Source of the DNA: an uncultured Acidobacteriaceae bacterium
Lineage (GTDB): Bacteria > Acidobacteriota > Terriglobia > Terriglobales > Acidobacteriaceae
Length of the DNA stretch: 64,000 bases
Reading direction: 5' to 3'
Assembly (NCBI GenBank): GCA_964245235.1
Contig: CAXTLS010000013.1
Location: 564 to 64,563, forward strand
Shown here: one piece after another, positions 25,426-34,583 of the stretch
Position numbering within the stretch: position 1 is the first letter of the stretch
How the letters are laid out: each line of letters opens with the position of its first letter
Program-made: the position numbers and the translations under genes
Notes under the pieces: model-generated
What the model saw: the letters and a program-made list of their open reading frames with translations, nothing else
Databases searched by the model: none
What the model was told of the DNA's origin: nothing

Positions 25426-27975
25426 CTACTGATCAAGCCAGTGGTTCAATTGCGGTTCCTGGTTGGCACGAAGCTGGATGCAGGCGTTGATGCTGTCGAC
25501 TGACTTCGCGAGCGCCCGCTCTGCTCCATTTACCGGGTGCGTATGAAAGAAGCTTGACACCTGGTCGCGCGACGCTGTGGTGCAAAGGTGTCCTGCGGCT
25601 GCGACGATGCGTTCACCGGAACTGGCCGTCAGCTGCGCATGGACCTTATCCCAGTTGTCCTGCACGTAGCGCCATGCCTGGTCTGACGTCTTCTGCTGCT
25701 CGAGCAGATCGGCAATCAAGATCCAGCTGCTCTGGTTTCTTACCTGCCCCGAGACGGCGTAGTCGAGCGTTCGAGTGACCAGCGCCGGATCGCCGAAGAA
25801 GCCCAGAGTTCGCAGCGAGTCGGACTGTAGCACAGGGTCGCGCTCATCTTTGCTCATCGCCATGAACTTGTCGTAGAGCGACGCATCGCCGTTCCTGGCG
25901 GCGATCTCAATCGCTACATTCGTAAAGAGCGGGTCACCCGCCCGGTTATCTCTGAAGCTCTGATCCGTAATGGTCTGCGCCTCAGCGAGCACTGCTGGAT
26001 CCTGCGCTTCCCCGAGCATCTCGAACAGTGCAGCGCGACGCGCGGATAGAGCATAGCTGTCGCTTGCCTTTGCTTTGCTCAGCGACCTGTAGACAGGACC
26101 AAACTGCGCCCGGATCACAGCCGCCAATCGTGTGCGATCGTCGTCCGTGGCTATCTGCGCGTTGATCGATCTGATCTTCTTGCGCACATTATCAAGCACC
26201 GGCCCATTCGGATCTTGGCGAAGCGCGAGCACCAGCGACAGATAGTCGTTCACGGAGCGATCATCGGCTGCCATCAAGGCCCACTGGTCGCCGAGCAGCC
26301 CGATCCTCTCGGGCGGAGCCAACGCCGTCTCCGCACCAGCACTGATCGCCGCCAACTCTGCCGACGTGTATGCGGTGCGGTAGTAGCCCGCTGAAGCCGT
26401 GTTCGCGTAAGGCACGTTGCCTGCTGAAAAACTGAGCGACGTCGTCTCCGGTGTCAGCAGCTGGCACGGCCCGCCTTTGAAGCAGACGGGGATCGCCCAT
26501 TGCTGCGCGGTCTGATTGCCTGCATTCTTCACCAGGAAAAAGCGGCTCTGCGCGGTGGGGACGCTGCTTCCCTGCCTGTCCGAAAGCGTGAGCAGCGGTA
26601 CGCCTGGCTGCACAACGAAGCTCTTCATGATCACGTCGACTGGCTTGTGACTGGCCGCACTTTGCGCACCCCAGAAGTCCTCCGCCGTTGCGTTCGCGTA
26701 CAGGTGCGCCTGGAGATAGTTGTGGACACCCTGACGGAAGACTTCCTCGCCCAGATAATGTTCAATCATGCCGAGCACTGCGCCAGCCTTGCCATAGGCG
26801 ATGCCGTCGAACATCTCGTTGATCTCGGCCGGCGTTTCGGCGGAGGCGCGAATGGTGCGGGTTGTTCGCTGCGAATCGTAGTTCAGCGTCGTGTCCTGCT
26901 CGTTCGCGCGGTCCTGCGCAAAATTCCACTCGGGGTGCCACTTGTCGACCGGCTTGAAGGCCATCCAAGTGGCAAATCCCTCATTCAGCCAGAGATTATC
27001 CCACCACTCCATCGTCACCATGTCGCCGAACCACTGGTGTGCCATCTCATGTGCGACCACGCTGGCGACTTCTTTTTTGGAGTTAATCGAACCAGTCTTC
27101 GAATCGACCAGCAGGTCTGTCTCGCGGTACGTGATGCAGCCGAAGTTCTCCATCGCACCGGCCTCGAAGTCCGGGAGCGCGATCATGTCCAGCTTTGGCA
27201 TGGGGTACTTGATGCCGAAGTAGGTGTCGTAATAATGCAGGACGTACTCCGCAGACTCGACCGCGAACTTCGTGTATTGCACCTTGTCCGGCGTTGAGCA
27301 CGCACGGATCGGCACGTCATCCGCTTTGCCCGTAGTGCACTTGAAATCTCCGACCAGGAACGCTACAAGGTAGGTCGACATCTTCGGTGTGACCGCGAAG
27401 CGGACCAGGTGTTTTCCCGGTCCGGCTGGCTTGTCGGCTATCTGGTTGGTGTTTGAAATCACCGTATCGGAGGCGTCGACTGTCAACGCGATATCGTAGG
27501 TCGCCTTCAACGCGGGCTCATCAAAGCTGGGGAACGCCCGCCGCGCATCAGTTGATTCGAACTGAGTTACGGCATAGTTGCGGGCCTTGGTCTTCGAGAG
27601 ATAGAAGCCGCGCAGCTTGTCATTGAGGATGCCTGTGTACTGGATGGCGAGCCTCAGCTTACCCGCCGACAGGGGCTGCGGAAAGGTAAAGGTGGCCTGC
27701 TCCTTACCGGGATCGAGCGAGACCTGCGCTGTCTGCGATCCGCTGGTCACGGAATCGAACTTGATCTCAAGGGAGTTCAGCGTGATCGTCGTACTCGGTT
27801 GGTCGAGTGTGAGATCAATCGTCTCGGTCCCGGCAAAGGTTGCGGCCTTCAGGTCCGGCGTCAGGGAGAGACTGTAGTGTTCGGGATGGACTCCGCCAGG
27901 AAGACGCTGCGCGTAGGTAACACTCGAAGTGGTAAGAGCGAGGGCAGCGACAAGCAGGGTACGACCAGGGAACAT
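25426..27975 (-). CDS. Secreted M1 family aminopeptidase (PepN/ERAP1-like)
   Basis: GAMEN and HEMAH-x18-E motifs, signal peptide. Confidence 0.95.
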   Translation of the reverse strand: MFPGRTLLVAALALTTSSVTYAQRLPGGVHPEHYSLSLTPDLKAATFAGTETIDLTLDQPSTTITLNSLEIKFDSVTSGSQTAQVSLDPGKEQATFTFPQPLSAGKLRLAIQYTGILNDKLRGFYLSKTKARNYAVTQFESTDARRAFPSFDEPALKATYDIALTVDASDTVISNTNQIADKPAGPGKHLVRFAVTPKMSTYLVAFLVGDFKCTTGKADDVPIRACSTPDKVQYTKFAVESAEYVLHYYDTYFGIKYPMPKLDMIALPDFEAGAMENFGCITYRETDLLVDSKTGSINSKKEVASVVAHEMAHQWFGDMVTMEWWDNLWLNEGFATWMAFKPVDKWHPEWNFAQDRANEQDTTLNYDSQRTTRTIRASAETPAEINEMFDGIAYGKAGAVLGMIEHYLGEEVFRQGVHNYLQAHLYANATAEDFWGAQSAASHKPVDVIMKSFVVQPGVPLLTLSDRQGSSVPTAQSRFFLVKNAGNQTAQQWAIPVCFKGGPCQLLTPETTSLSFSAGNVPYANTASAGYYRTAYTSAELAAISAGAETALAPPERIGLLGDQWALMAADDRSVNDYLSLVLALRQDPNGPVLDNVRKKIRSINAQIATDDDRTRLAAVIRAQFGPVYRSLSKAKASDSYALSARRAALFEMLGEAQDPAVLAEAQTITDQSFRDNRAGDPLFTNVAIEIAARNGDASLYDKFMAMSKDERDPVLQSDSLRTLGFFGDPALVTRTLDYAVSGQVRNQSSWILIADLLEQQKTSDQAWRYVQDNWDKVHAQLTASSGERIVAAAGHLCTTASRDQVSSFFHTHPVNGAERALAKSVDSINACIQLRANQEPQLNHWLDQ

Positions 27976-28047
27976 GTGGGAGCCTCAGGTAAATTTTCAA
28001 GCTATTTCAGCATACGAGCTTTTAAGTACACCGTGCCGCGGCGCGGC

Positions 28048-28776
28048 TCACGCCTTGATCCGGCCAACACACAGCCGTGCCGGGCGATACTCCCGGATGG
28101 CCACGTCCGCGAGCGACAGCCGGGCCATGCGGCATAAGCGCTGCCAGTCCTCCGCCAGGAAGCTGCGGCGGATCGAGACCAGGCCGTCGTGTTTGACAAA
28201 CGAATGAAAGGGGACCACGTGGGTCAGCAGCCGAAAAGCCCGGTACGGAAACGCCCTCCGGTGCAGATCATTGACAAACCATCCCAGGCGGGCAGTCTCC
28301 TCCATCCAGCTAAGAAATCGTACAATCTCCGGCTCGGCAAGATGATGCGTCAGCAGGGAGCTCAGCACGATGTCGATTCCGTTAGACGGCTCATACGAAA
28401 ACGCATCGCCGTGGACCCACCGGATTCCGAGGCCTGCCGGAGTCGCGGCTGCCGCCGCACGGATCGCATCTCCGTTCAGGTCGATGCCTGTAAGTTCGAG
28501 CGCGACTCCACGCTGCGCGGCCCACGTGTGGATGCGTCGCAGACTATCACCGTATCCGCAGCCCACATCGATAATCTGCAGGGGCGTTGCAGCTCGTGGC
28601 AAACGCACGATCAGTTCGCCAAGCCATGCGAGCGTGGGACGGTGCGCGAGCGTCAGCCGATTCACACGCGCAATATCTCGGAGGCAGGCCCGCAGCTCCT
28701 CAAAGCTGCATGGCTGATCCATCAGCTCAGGAAGGCCTTCGGGATCAGCACGCCGCGCCAGGTCAAGCTCAGGCAA
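28048..28776 (-). CDS. SAM-dependent methyltransferase
   Basis: IIDVGCGYGD; ELMD; L.HHL; VNDLHR; HDG.VSIRRSF. Confidence 0.88.
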   Translation of the reverse strand: MPELDLARRADPEGLPELMDQPCSFEELRACLRDIARVNRLTLAHRPTLAWLGELIVRLPRAATPLQIIDVGCGYGDSLRRIHTWAAQRGVALELTGIDLNGDAIRAAAAATPAGLGIRWVHGDAFSYEPSNGIDIVLSSLLTHHLAEPEIVRFLSWMEETARLGWFVNDLHRRAFPYRAFRLLTHVVPFHSFVKHDGLVSIRRSFLAEDWQRLCRMARLSLADVAIREYRPARLCVGRIKA

Positions 28777-28782
28777 CGTGGC

Positions 28783-29829
28783 TCAGGCTCCGACGGTTGA
28801 CGCTACACGCTCCGAGTGACCCGACAGCTCCGACGCCCTGTCCTCCGCATAGGCGGCTGCGCCGAGAAGAGCGCATGTGTCGTCCAGAATGACGCGGACC
28901 GGGATCGACTGCAGCAGCGCGGACAAGCGCCCCTTGTCGAGAAAAGCCGCTGTGAACGCTCCATTCTGCAGCGTTTTGATGATCTTCGGCGCGATGCCCC
29001 CGCCCAGGTACATGCCTCCCGTAGCCAGCACCTTCAGCGCGATGTTCCCCGTTTCGGCACCATACGCGCCGGCAAAGAGCTTCATCGTCTCGAAGCAGAT
29101 CCAGCTGGAACCATTTTCCGCGCAGGTTCCGATCACGGCGTTAGGATCTTCCGTCGCCAGACGATCGCGCAGCCATTGCGGCTCGTCGATCTTCTCCACA
29201 TCGCGCAGGTACGCATACACATTCTTGATACCCAGCCCCGAGACGACACGCTCGAAGCTCACCCGTCCATTCAAAGTGTGGCGCAGATATTGCAGCAAGG
29301 CTATCTCTCGGTTGGATCGCGCTGCGAAGTCACAGTGTCCACCTTCGGACGGGATGGGTCGATGCCGCTTGCCGTCCCAGATCAGCAGGGCCTCGCCCAG
29401 CCCTGTGCCTGCCGCGATGAGACCGCGATGACCGACTGCCGTTGCATCCCCCTCATGAAGCGTGAAGATCTGGTCCGGAGCTAGCTCGGGGATGCCGTAG
29501 CCGTTCGCCTCAAGATCGTTGATCAAAAAGATATGCTCGATACCGAGTGACTTTTGCAGGTCGCGGGAGTCAAGCGTCCACGGCAGATTCGTCAGCTTCA
29601 GACGTCCGTTCCGCACTGGCCCCGGGCACCCGAAGCACGCCGCTGCGATCTCTCCCTTGCCGGTCGGATGTTCGCCGCCATCGGCGAGAAACTTCGTCAC
29701 CACGTCATCGAGCGACGCATACTCATGTGCCGGAAACTTCTGGTTGCGCAACGGTTTCAGCCGGCCGGCAGCAAATTCGTAGAGCGCCAGGTGGACCTTG
29801 GTACCGCCGACATCGCCCGCGAGAATCAT
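28783..29829 (-). CDS. glk: Glucokinase
   Basis: LAGDVGGT, TNLPW, INDLEA, GTGLG, SEGGH, GGGIAPKI. Confidence 0.95.
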   Translation of the reverse strand: MILAGDVGGTKVHLALYEFAAGRLKPLRNQKFPAHEYASLDDVVTKFLADGGEHPTGKGEIAAACFGCPGPVRNGRLKLTNLPWTLDSRDLQKSLGIEHIFLINDLEANGYGIPELAPDQIFTLHEGDATAVGHRGLIAAGTGLGEALLIWDGKRHRPIPSEGGHCDFAARSNREIALLQYLRHTLNGRVSFERVVSGLGIKNVYAYLRDVEKIDEPQWLRDRLATEDPNAVIGTCAENGSSWICFETMKLFAGAYGAETGNIALKVLATGGMYLGGGIAPKIIKTLQNGAFTAAFLDKGRLSALLQSIPVRVILDDTCALLGAAAYAEDRASELSGHSERVASTVGA

Positions 29830-30639
29830 TTAGGAAAGCTCCAGTGTGCCGACTGCAACCCCGTCGTGCGCTGGTGCAGCCGGTGCTGGCAGCTTAGCGG
29901 CTGCAGCTGCGTCGAGCAAGTACAGCAACTCTCCACTTGCCGGACGAATGAGCTGCGAGGGCTTTGTCTCGGGATCATAGCTGCCTAGCAGGACTTCATG
30001 GAGTATCCCCGCCTTCGCCTCACCCTCGATCAAAAAGGCCACCAGGCGCCCCTGGTTGATCACCGGCCAAGTCAGCGTGATGCGCCAGGTATTCTTTTGC
30101 GCTACGTGGTTCGCAACCACCAGGCGGCTCATCTCGTCGAGCGCCGCCGTATGCGGAAAGAGCGATGCCGTGTGGCCATCATCGCCCATGCCCAGCAGGA
30201 TCAGGTCGAAGGTCGGCGTCTCCGCTCCCTCCAACTTGAACGTATTCCGCAAGGTCGACTCATAGCGGGACGCGGCAACTTCCGGATCAAATTCACCTTC
30301 CATCCGGTGTACTCGCTCAGGCGCTAGTGGCACGTGCAAGAGCATGGCCTCGTTCGTCATCCGGTAATTGGACTCTTTATCGTCCGGCGGCACACACCGT
30401 TCATCCACCCAGTAGAGGTCCAGCGCCTCCCAGGGCACTTGCTTGAGGAACGGCTGTTCGGCATTGGCGAGTAGTGCAAACATTGCCTTCGGCGTCGACC
30501 CGCCGGAGATGGCGACTCGCGCCCGTCCGCGAGCCGCAACCGCTGACAAAATGCTGTTTATAAACAACTTCGCCGCGGCCCGCGCAACGGCACCAGAGGT
30601 TGGTGCAACTTCATATGTAACAGAGACCGGTCGCGGCAT
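29830..30639 (-). CDS. pgl: 6-phosphogluconolactonase
   Basis: SGGSTP, DERCVP, SNY, GMGDDGHTASLFP, RITLT. Confidence 0.95.
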   Translation of the reverse strand: MPRPVSVTYEVAPTSGAVARAAAKLFINSILSAVAARGRARVAISGGSTPKAMFALLANAEQPFLKQVPWEALDLYWVDERCVPPDDKESNYRMTNEAMLLHVPLAPERVHRMEGEFDPEVAASRYESTLRNTFKLEGAETPTFDLILLGMGDDGHTASLFPHTAALDEMSRLVVANHVAQKNTWRITLTWPVINQGRLVAFLIEGEAKAGILHEVLLGSYDPETKPSQLIRPASGELLYLLDAAAAAKLPAPAAPAHDGVAVGTLELS

Positions 30640-30669
30640 GATTCGGTCAGCTCCTGAACACGATTGGGG

Positions 30670-32205
30670 TTACAATTTGCGCCAAGTCCGGCCATCTTTT
30701 GCGAGCAGGTCGTTCGCTGTCTCAGGTCCCCAGGAACCTGCGGCGTAGTTTGGAAAGTTGGTATTGGTATCTGCAGCCCAAGCCTCGAGAATCGGCGTAA
30801 AGAGCGCCCATGTTGCCTCAACGCCGTCGCGATGAGCGAAGAGGGTCGCATCGCCAAGCATCGCATCAAGCAGCAGCCGCTCATAGCCGTTTGCCGAACT
30901 CTTCCCGAAAGCCTCCGCATAGCTGAAATGCATTGTCACCGGCCGCACATTGGTCGTTGGTCCCGGGATCTTTGCCCCAAAGCAGAGGCTGATTCCCTCG
31001 TCCGGCTGGATGCGCATCGTCAGAACATTCGGCTCGATCTCTTCGCTGTTGCTGCTCTTGAAGAGGTGCATCGGTGGCTGCTTGAAGACAACCGTCACCT
31101 CCGTCACGCGCTTCGCAAGCCGCTTCCCCGCACGAAGGTAGAACGGCACTCCAGCCCAGCGCCAGTTCTCGATCTCCAGCCGCACGGCGGCATAGGTCTC
31201 CGTATGGGACTCTGGATTTACCCGGTCTTCCTGCCGGTAGCCGATCACATCCTTGCCGTCCACCTTACCCGGACCGTACTGCCCGCGCACCGTATCCTCA
31301 ACCGGAATCCCTTCGATCGCCTTCCAGACCTTCAGCTTCTCCGTCCGAACAGCGTCGGCCTGGAACGAATCTGGTGGCTCCATCGCCACGAAGGACATCA
31401 CTTCCATCACATGATTCTGTAGCACGTCGCGTGCAGCGCCAGCCTTCTCGTAGAACGGACCGCGGCCCTCGATGCCGATCGACTCAGCAGCCGTGATCTC
31501 GACGTGGTCGATGAAGTTGCGGTTCCAGACTGGCTCAAAGATGCCGTTGCCGAAGCGGAAGACGAGAATATTCTGTACTGTTTCTTTGCCCAGATAATGA
31601 TCGATGCGGAAGATCTGATCCTCTGACAGTACCGCATTGACAGCATCATTCAGCTCGCGTGCCGAGTTGAGATCGGTCCCGAAAGGCTTTTCGATGATCA
31701 CCCGCACCCAATGGTGCTCTCCCTCGAAGGCCTTTGTCATTCCATGAGCGCCGAGCCGGTGCGTAATATCGGCAAAGAACTCCGGCGCTACGGCGAGGTA
31801 AAACAGCCGGTTGCCTTTGGTGTTCAGCTCGGTATCGAGGTCGGCCAGGTATGCCTTAAGTTTTTCAAAGCCCTCATCGTTGTCGAACTCGGTTGCGAAG
31901 TACTTCACGCGGTCCATGAACGGCTTGAGCTTGGGGTCATTCTCCTCAACGCCACCACCCTTCAAGATGCCGTCCTGCATGTCCGGTCCGAAGGTCGCAC
32001 TGAGATCTCGCCTCGCAACGCCGACCACAGCAAAATCCTTTGGCAACAGGCCCGACTGATCCAGGTGGTAAAGCGCCGGCAGCAGCTTACGCTTGGTCAG
32101 ATCACCCGATGCGCCAAAGATAACCACAATGCAGGCCTCCGGTATGCGCTCACCCTTTTTGGTTGCATCCGCTTCAACAGGCGGAATGGTCACTGTGCTC
32201 GACAT
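30670..32205 (-). CDS. zwf: Glucose-6-phosphate 1-dehydrogenase
   Basis: GASGDL, EKPFG, RIDHYLGKE, RWAGVPFYLRAGK. Confidence 0.97.
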   Translation of the reverse strand: MSSTVTIPPVEADATKKGERIPEACIVVIFGASGDLTKRKLLPALYHLDQSGLLPKDFAVVGVARRDLSATFGPDMQDGILKGGGVEENDPKLKPFMDRVKYFATEFDNDEGFEKLKAYLADLDTELNTKGNRLFYLAVAPEFFADITHRLGAHGMTKAFEGEHHWVRVIIEKPFGTDLNSARELNDAVNAVLSEDQIFRIDHYLGKETVQNILVFRFGNGIFEPVWNRNFIDHVEITAAESIGIEGRGPFYEKAGAARDVLQNHVMEVMSFVAMEPPDSFQADAVRTEKLKVWKAIEGIPVEDTVRGQYGPGKVDGKDVIGYRQEDRVNPESHTETYAAVRLEIENWRWAGVPFYLRAGKRLAKRVTEVTVVFKQPPMHLFKSSNSEEIEPNVLTMRIQPDEGISLCFGAKIPGPTTNVRPVTMHFSYAEAFGKSSANGYERLLLDAMLGDATLFAHRDGVEATWALFTPILEAWAADTNTNFPNYAAGSWGPETANDLLAKDGRTWRKL

Positions 32206-32298
32206 GATCTACTCCTTCACATTTCTAAAACTTAGATGTCACATCAGTATGCAGCGAGCGGCTACAATCCATCACTCACGCCCCTGATGACCGTATTC

Positions 32299-32925
32299 CT
32301 ATGCAGCTTGTATGCCGATTTGTGCGAGCGCGACGGTAAGTTGCGCCGGTGAGGTGAAGCGAATCGCGTTCATGCCGAATGCGAGGGCGACATCACAGTT
32401 CTCCTGCTTATCATCGATGAAAAGGGTGTGTTCCGGCGCCACACCGGCTATCTCGATCGCTGTCCGAAAGATATCCGGGTGAGGCTTCATCTCGTGCACA
32501 TAACCGGAACAGATGAAGAAGTCGAAGTAGGGGCGCAGACGAAACGCATCCAACCGGTGGGCGTTCAGCTCCCGCGATTCGTTGTTGAGGGTAGCCAGCT
32601 TGTACTCACGGGCGTCATGCAGCTTTCCCAGGATATCGATACACTCGGGATGCAGTACCTTGCTTTCCGCGCATACCAGCGACCAGAGCTCGTCATAGCT
32701 GAAATCACGCGAAGGCTGGTCGGCGCTGAAAACCGTTTTACGAAAGAACTCCTCGGCCGTCGAAAGGCCGCGCTCCCAGAAGAAGTTTGCAGCTTCGTGG
32801 CGCAACTCGTAGTCCGCCACATCAACCCCGAGCGCAGACAGCACGTGGGCACGCTGGTCCCCGTCCCACCCATTCGTGAGAACCACACCGCCTAAGTCCC
32901 AGAAGATTGTATTCACTAAGCCCAC
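32299..32925 (-). CDS. HAD family phosphatase
   Basis: FWDLGGV motif I, KP, FIDD. Confidence 0.9.
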   Translation of the reverse strand: MGLVNTIFWDLGGVVLTNGWDGDQRAHVLSALGVDVADYELRHEAANFFWERGLSTAEEFFRKTVFSADQPSRDFSYDELWSLVCAESKVLHPECIDILGKLHDAREYKLATLNNESRELNAHRLDAFRLRPYFDFFICSGYVHEMKPHPDIFRTAIEIAGVAPEHTLFIDDKQENCDVALAFGMNAIRFTSPAQLTVALAQIGIQAA

Positions 32926-32928
32926 CGC

Positions 32929-33783
32929 CTACTCACCTTCCGGGAAATCAGCGCCAAGAGTGACCGGCTCCCACGCAGCAATCTCTTTCTGGAAGGACTC
33001 GATCTTCCCCCGAAAACGCTTAAGCGCGATGGCCCCGAGAATTAAGTGCACCGGCGGGTCAGCTGAATCGACGACCTGCATCATCGCGTGAACCCCTCGG
33101 ACCGGATCGCCGGGCTGCTTGCCCACGTTCTCGTGAAAGTAGTCGCGCGTCTTGCCGGCGGTCGCGTCGTAGTCCGAGATCCTCTCCTTCGCTTCCACGC
33201 CTGAGCGGCCAAGGAAATCCGTTCGAAACGGGCCCGGCTCAACGATCGTCACGTAGATACCAAGCGGCTTTAACTCTACGGCGAGCGCCTCCGAGAGACC
33301 CTCCACTGCAAATTTCGTCGCGTTATAAAAGCCCCAGCCAGGCAGGCCCATCAGCCCGCCGATCGAGGAAAGATTGAGGATGTGTCCTGACCGCCGCTCC
33401 CGCAGGTGCGGCAAGAACGCTCTCGTCACACCAATCAGCCCAAAGACATTAGTTTCAAACATGGGCTGATACTCGGTCTCTGAAACTTCCTCGAGTGCAC
33501 CGGCTACACCGTAGCCAGCATTGTTGACGACGACATCGATATGGCCGAAATGCTCGATCGCGGCAGCCACCGTCAACTTCACCTGCTCGGCATCTCTTAC
33601 ATCGAGCGGCAGTGCCTTGGCGGCATTGGGATACTGTGTTTCCAGGTCGGCGACCTGATCCACCTTGCGTGCCGTCGCAACCACCTTGTTGCCAGACTTG
33701 AGCAGCTCTTCAGCCAGAACGCGACCGAAGCCGGTCGATGCACCAGTAATAAACCAGTTACGAGCTTGCGCGTTAGTTGTCAT
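32929..33783 (-). CDS. Short-chain dehydrogenase/reductase
   Basis: TGASTGFG, NNAG, YNATK, EPG.FRT. Confidence 0.93.
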   Translation of the reverse strand: MTTNAQARNWFITGASTGFGRVLAEELLKSGNKVVATARKVDQVADLETQYPNAAKALPLDVRDAEQVKLTVAAAIEHFGHIDVVVNNAGYGVAGALEEVSETEYQPMFETNVFGLIGVTRAFLPHLRERRSGHILNLSSIGGLMGLPGWGFYNATKFAVEGLSEALAVELKPLGIYVTIVEPGPFRTDFLGRSGVEAKERISDYDATAGKTRDYFHENVGKQPGDPVRGVHAMMQVVDSADPPVHLILGAIALKRFRGKIESFQKEIAAWEPVTLGADFPEGE

Positions 33784-33843
33784 ACTCTCCAGATGCTGTG
33801 ATCGGCTGGCACGATGCGATGGCAGCAGATTTTGCTGTCAAAA

Positions 33844-34326
33844 TCAGGAGGCCAGAACCGTTCCAGCAGCTGCGGGCATGTACTGCTTTTCGATCGCCAA
33901 GACCTTGTTTAGCCGCCGTACGAATCGCTCTTCCGTGGCAATGAAGTGAGCCTTTAGATACGCTTCGACACACTCGAACGCAAGTGCCGGCCCAATGACG
34001 CGCGCGCCAAGTACCAGTACGTTCATCTGGTCATGCTCTACACCCTGGTGAGACGAATAAGTATCGTGACACATGCTGGCACGGATACCCGGCATTTTAT
34101 TCGCCGCAATACACACGCCCACGCCCGAGCCGCAGATCAGGATTCCCCGCTCCGCCGCACCCGCCATTAGCTCCTTGCCGACGAGTACCGCAAAATCTGG
34201 ATAGTCGGATGCTTCCGTGTTGAATGCGCCGAGGTCGTGGACTTCATGGCCCATCTTCGCGACGAACTCCCGAACTTCTTCTTTCAGCGGAAAACCTGCA
34301 TGATCCGCGGCGATCGCAATCTTCAT
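33844..34326 (-). CDS. rpiB: Ribose-5-phosphate isomerase B
   Basis: AADHAG, DYPD, CGSGVG, ANK..GIRA. Confidence 0.95.
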   Translation of the reverse strand: MKIAIAADHAGFPLKEEVREFVAKMGHEVHDLGAFNTEASDYPDFAVLVGKELMAGAAERGILICGSGVGVCIAANKMPGIRASMCHDTYSSHQGVEHDQMNVLVLGARVIGPALAFECVEAYLKAHFIATEERFVRRLNKVLAIEKQYMPAAAGTVLAS

Positions 34327-34372
34327 AGATATTCTCTCTTGGCGCTACAATCTTAGTTCCAGGCCTAATCGC

Positions 34373-34507
34373 CTACTCGTCCTCGAGCTCCCAATCGTCA
34401 TCTGCCAATGGAACGCTGTCCTCATATGTCGGCTGCAACGAGGTCGAATTCTTTGCTCCGGGCGGCTCAACCGGCTTCTTCACCATCTCGCGCTCACTCG
34501 TCACCAT
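34373..34507 (-). CDS. Unannotated 44-aa acidic microprotein MVTSEREMVKKPVEPPGAKNSTSLQPTYEDSVPLADDDWELEDE
   Basis: Read by hand (below the ORF-track cutoff); GGAG SD upstream; co-oriented between tkt and rpiB. Confidence 0.55.
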   Translation of the reverse strand: MVTSEREMVKKPVEPPGAKNSTSLQPTYEDSVPLADDDWELEDE

Positions 34508-34536
34508 CTATCATCTCCACCACTCTCCTGGATGGT

Positions 34537-34578
34537 CGGGAGTGAGGGCGAGCCACATCACCTCACCCTCACTTCCCG
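34537..34578 (-). terminator. Strong intercistronic stem-loop after tkt (stabiliser or partial terminator)
   Basis: CGGG-AGTGAGGGCGAG pairs with CTCACCCTCACT-T-CCCG; no U-tract. Confidence 0.5.
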
Positions 34579-34583
34579 TGCCG

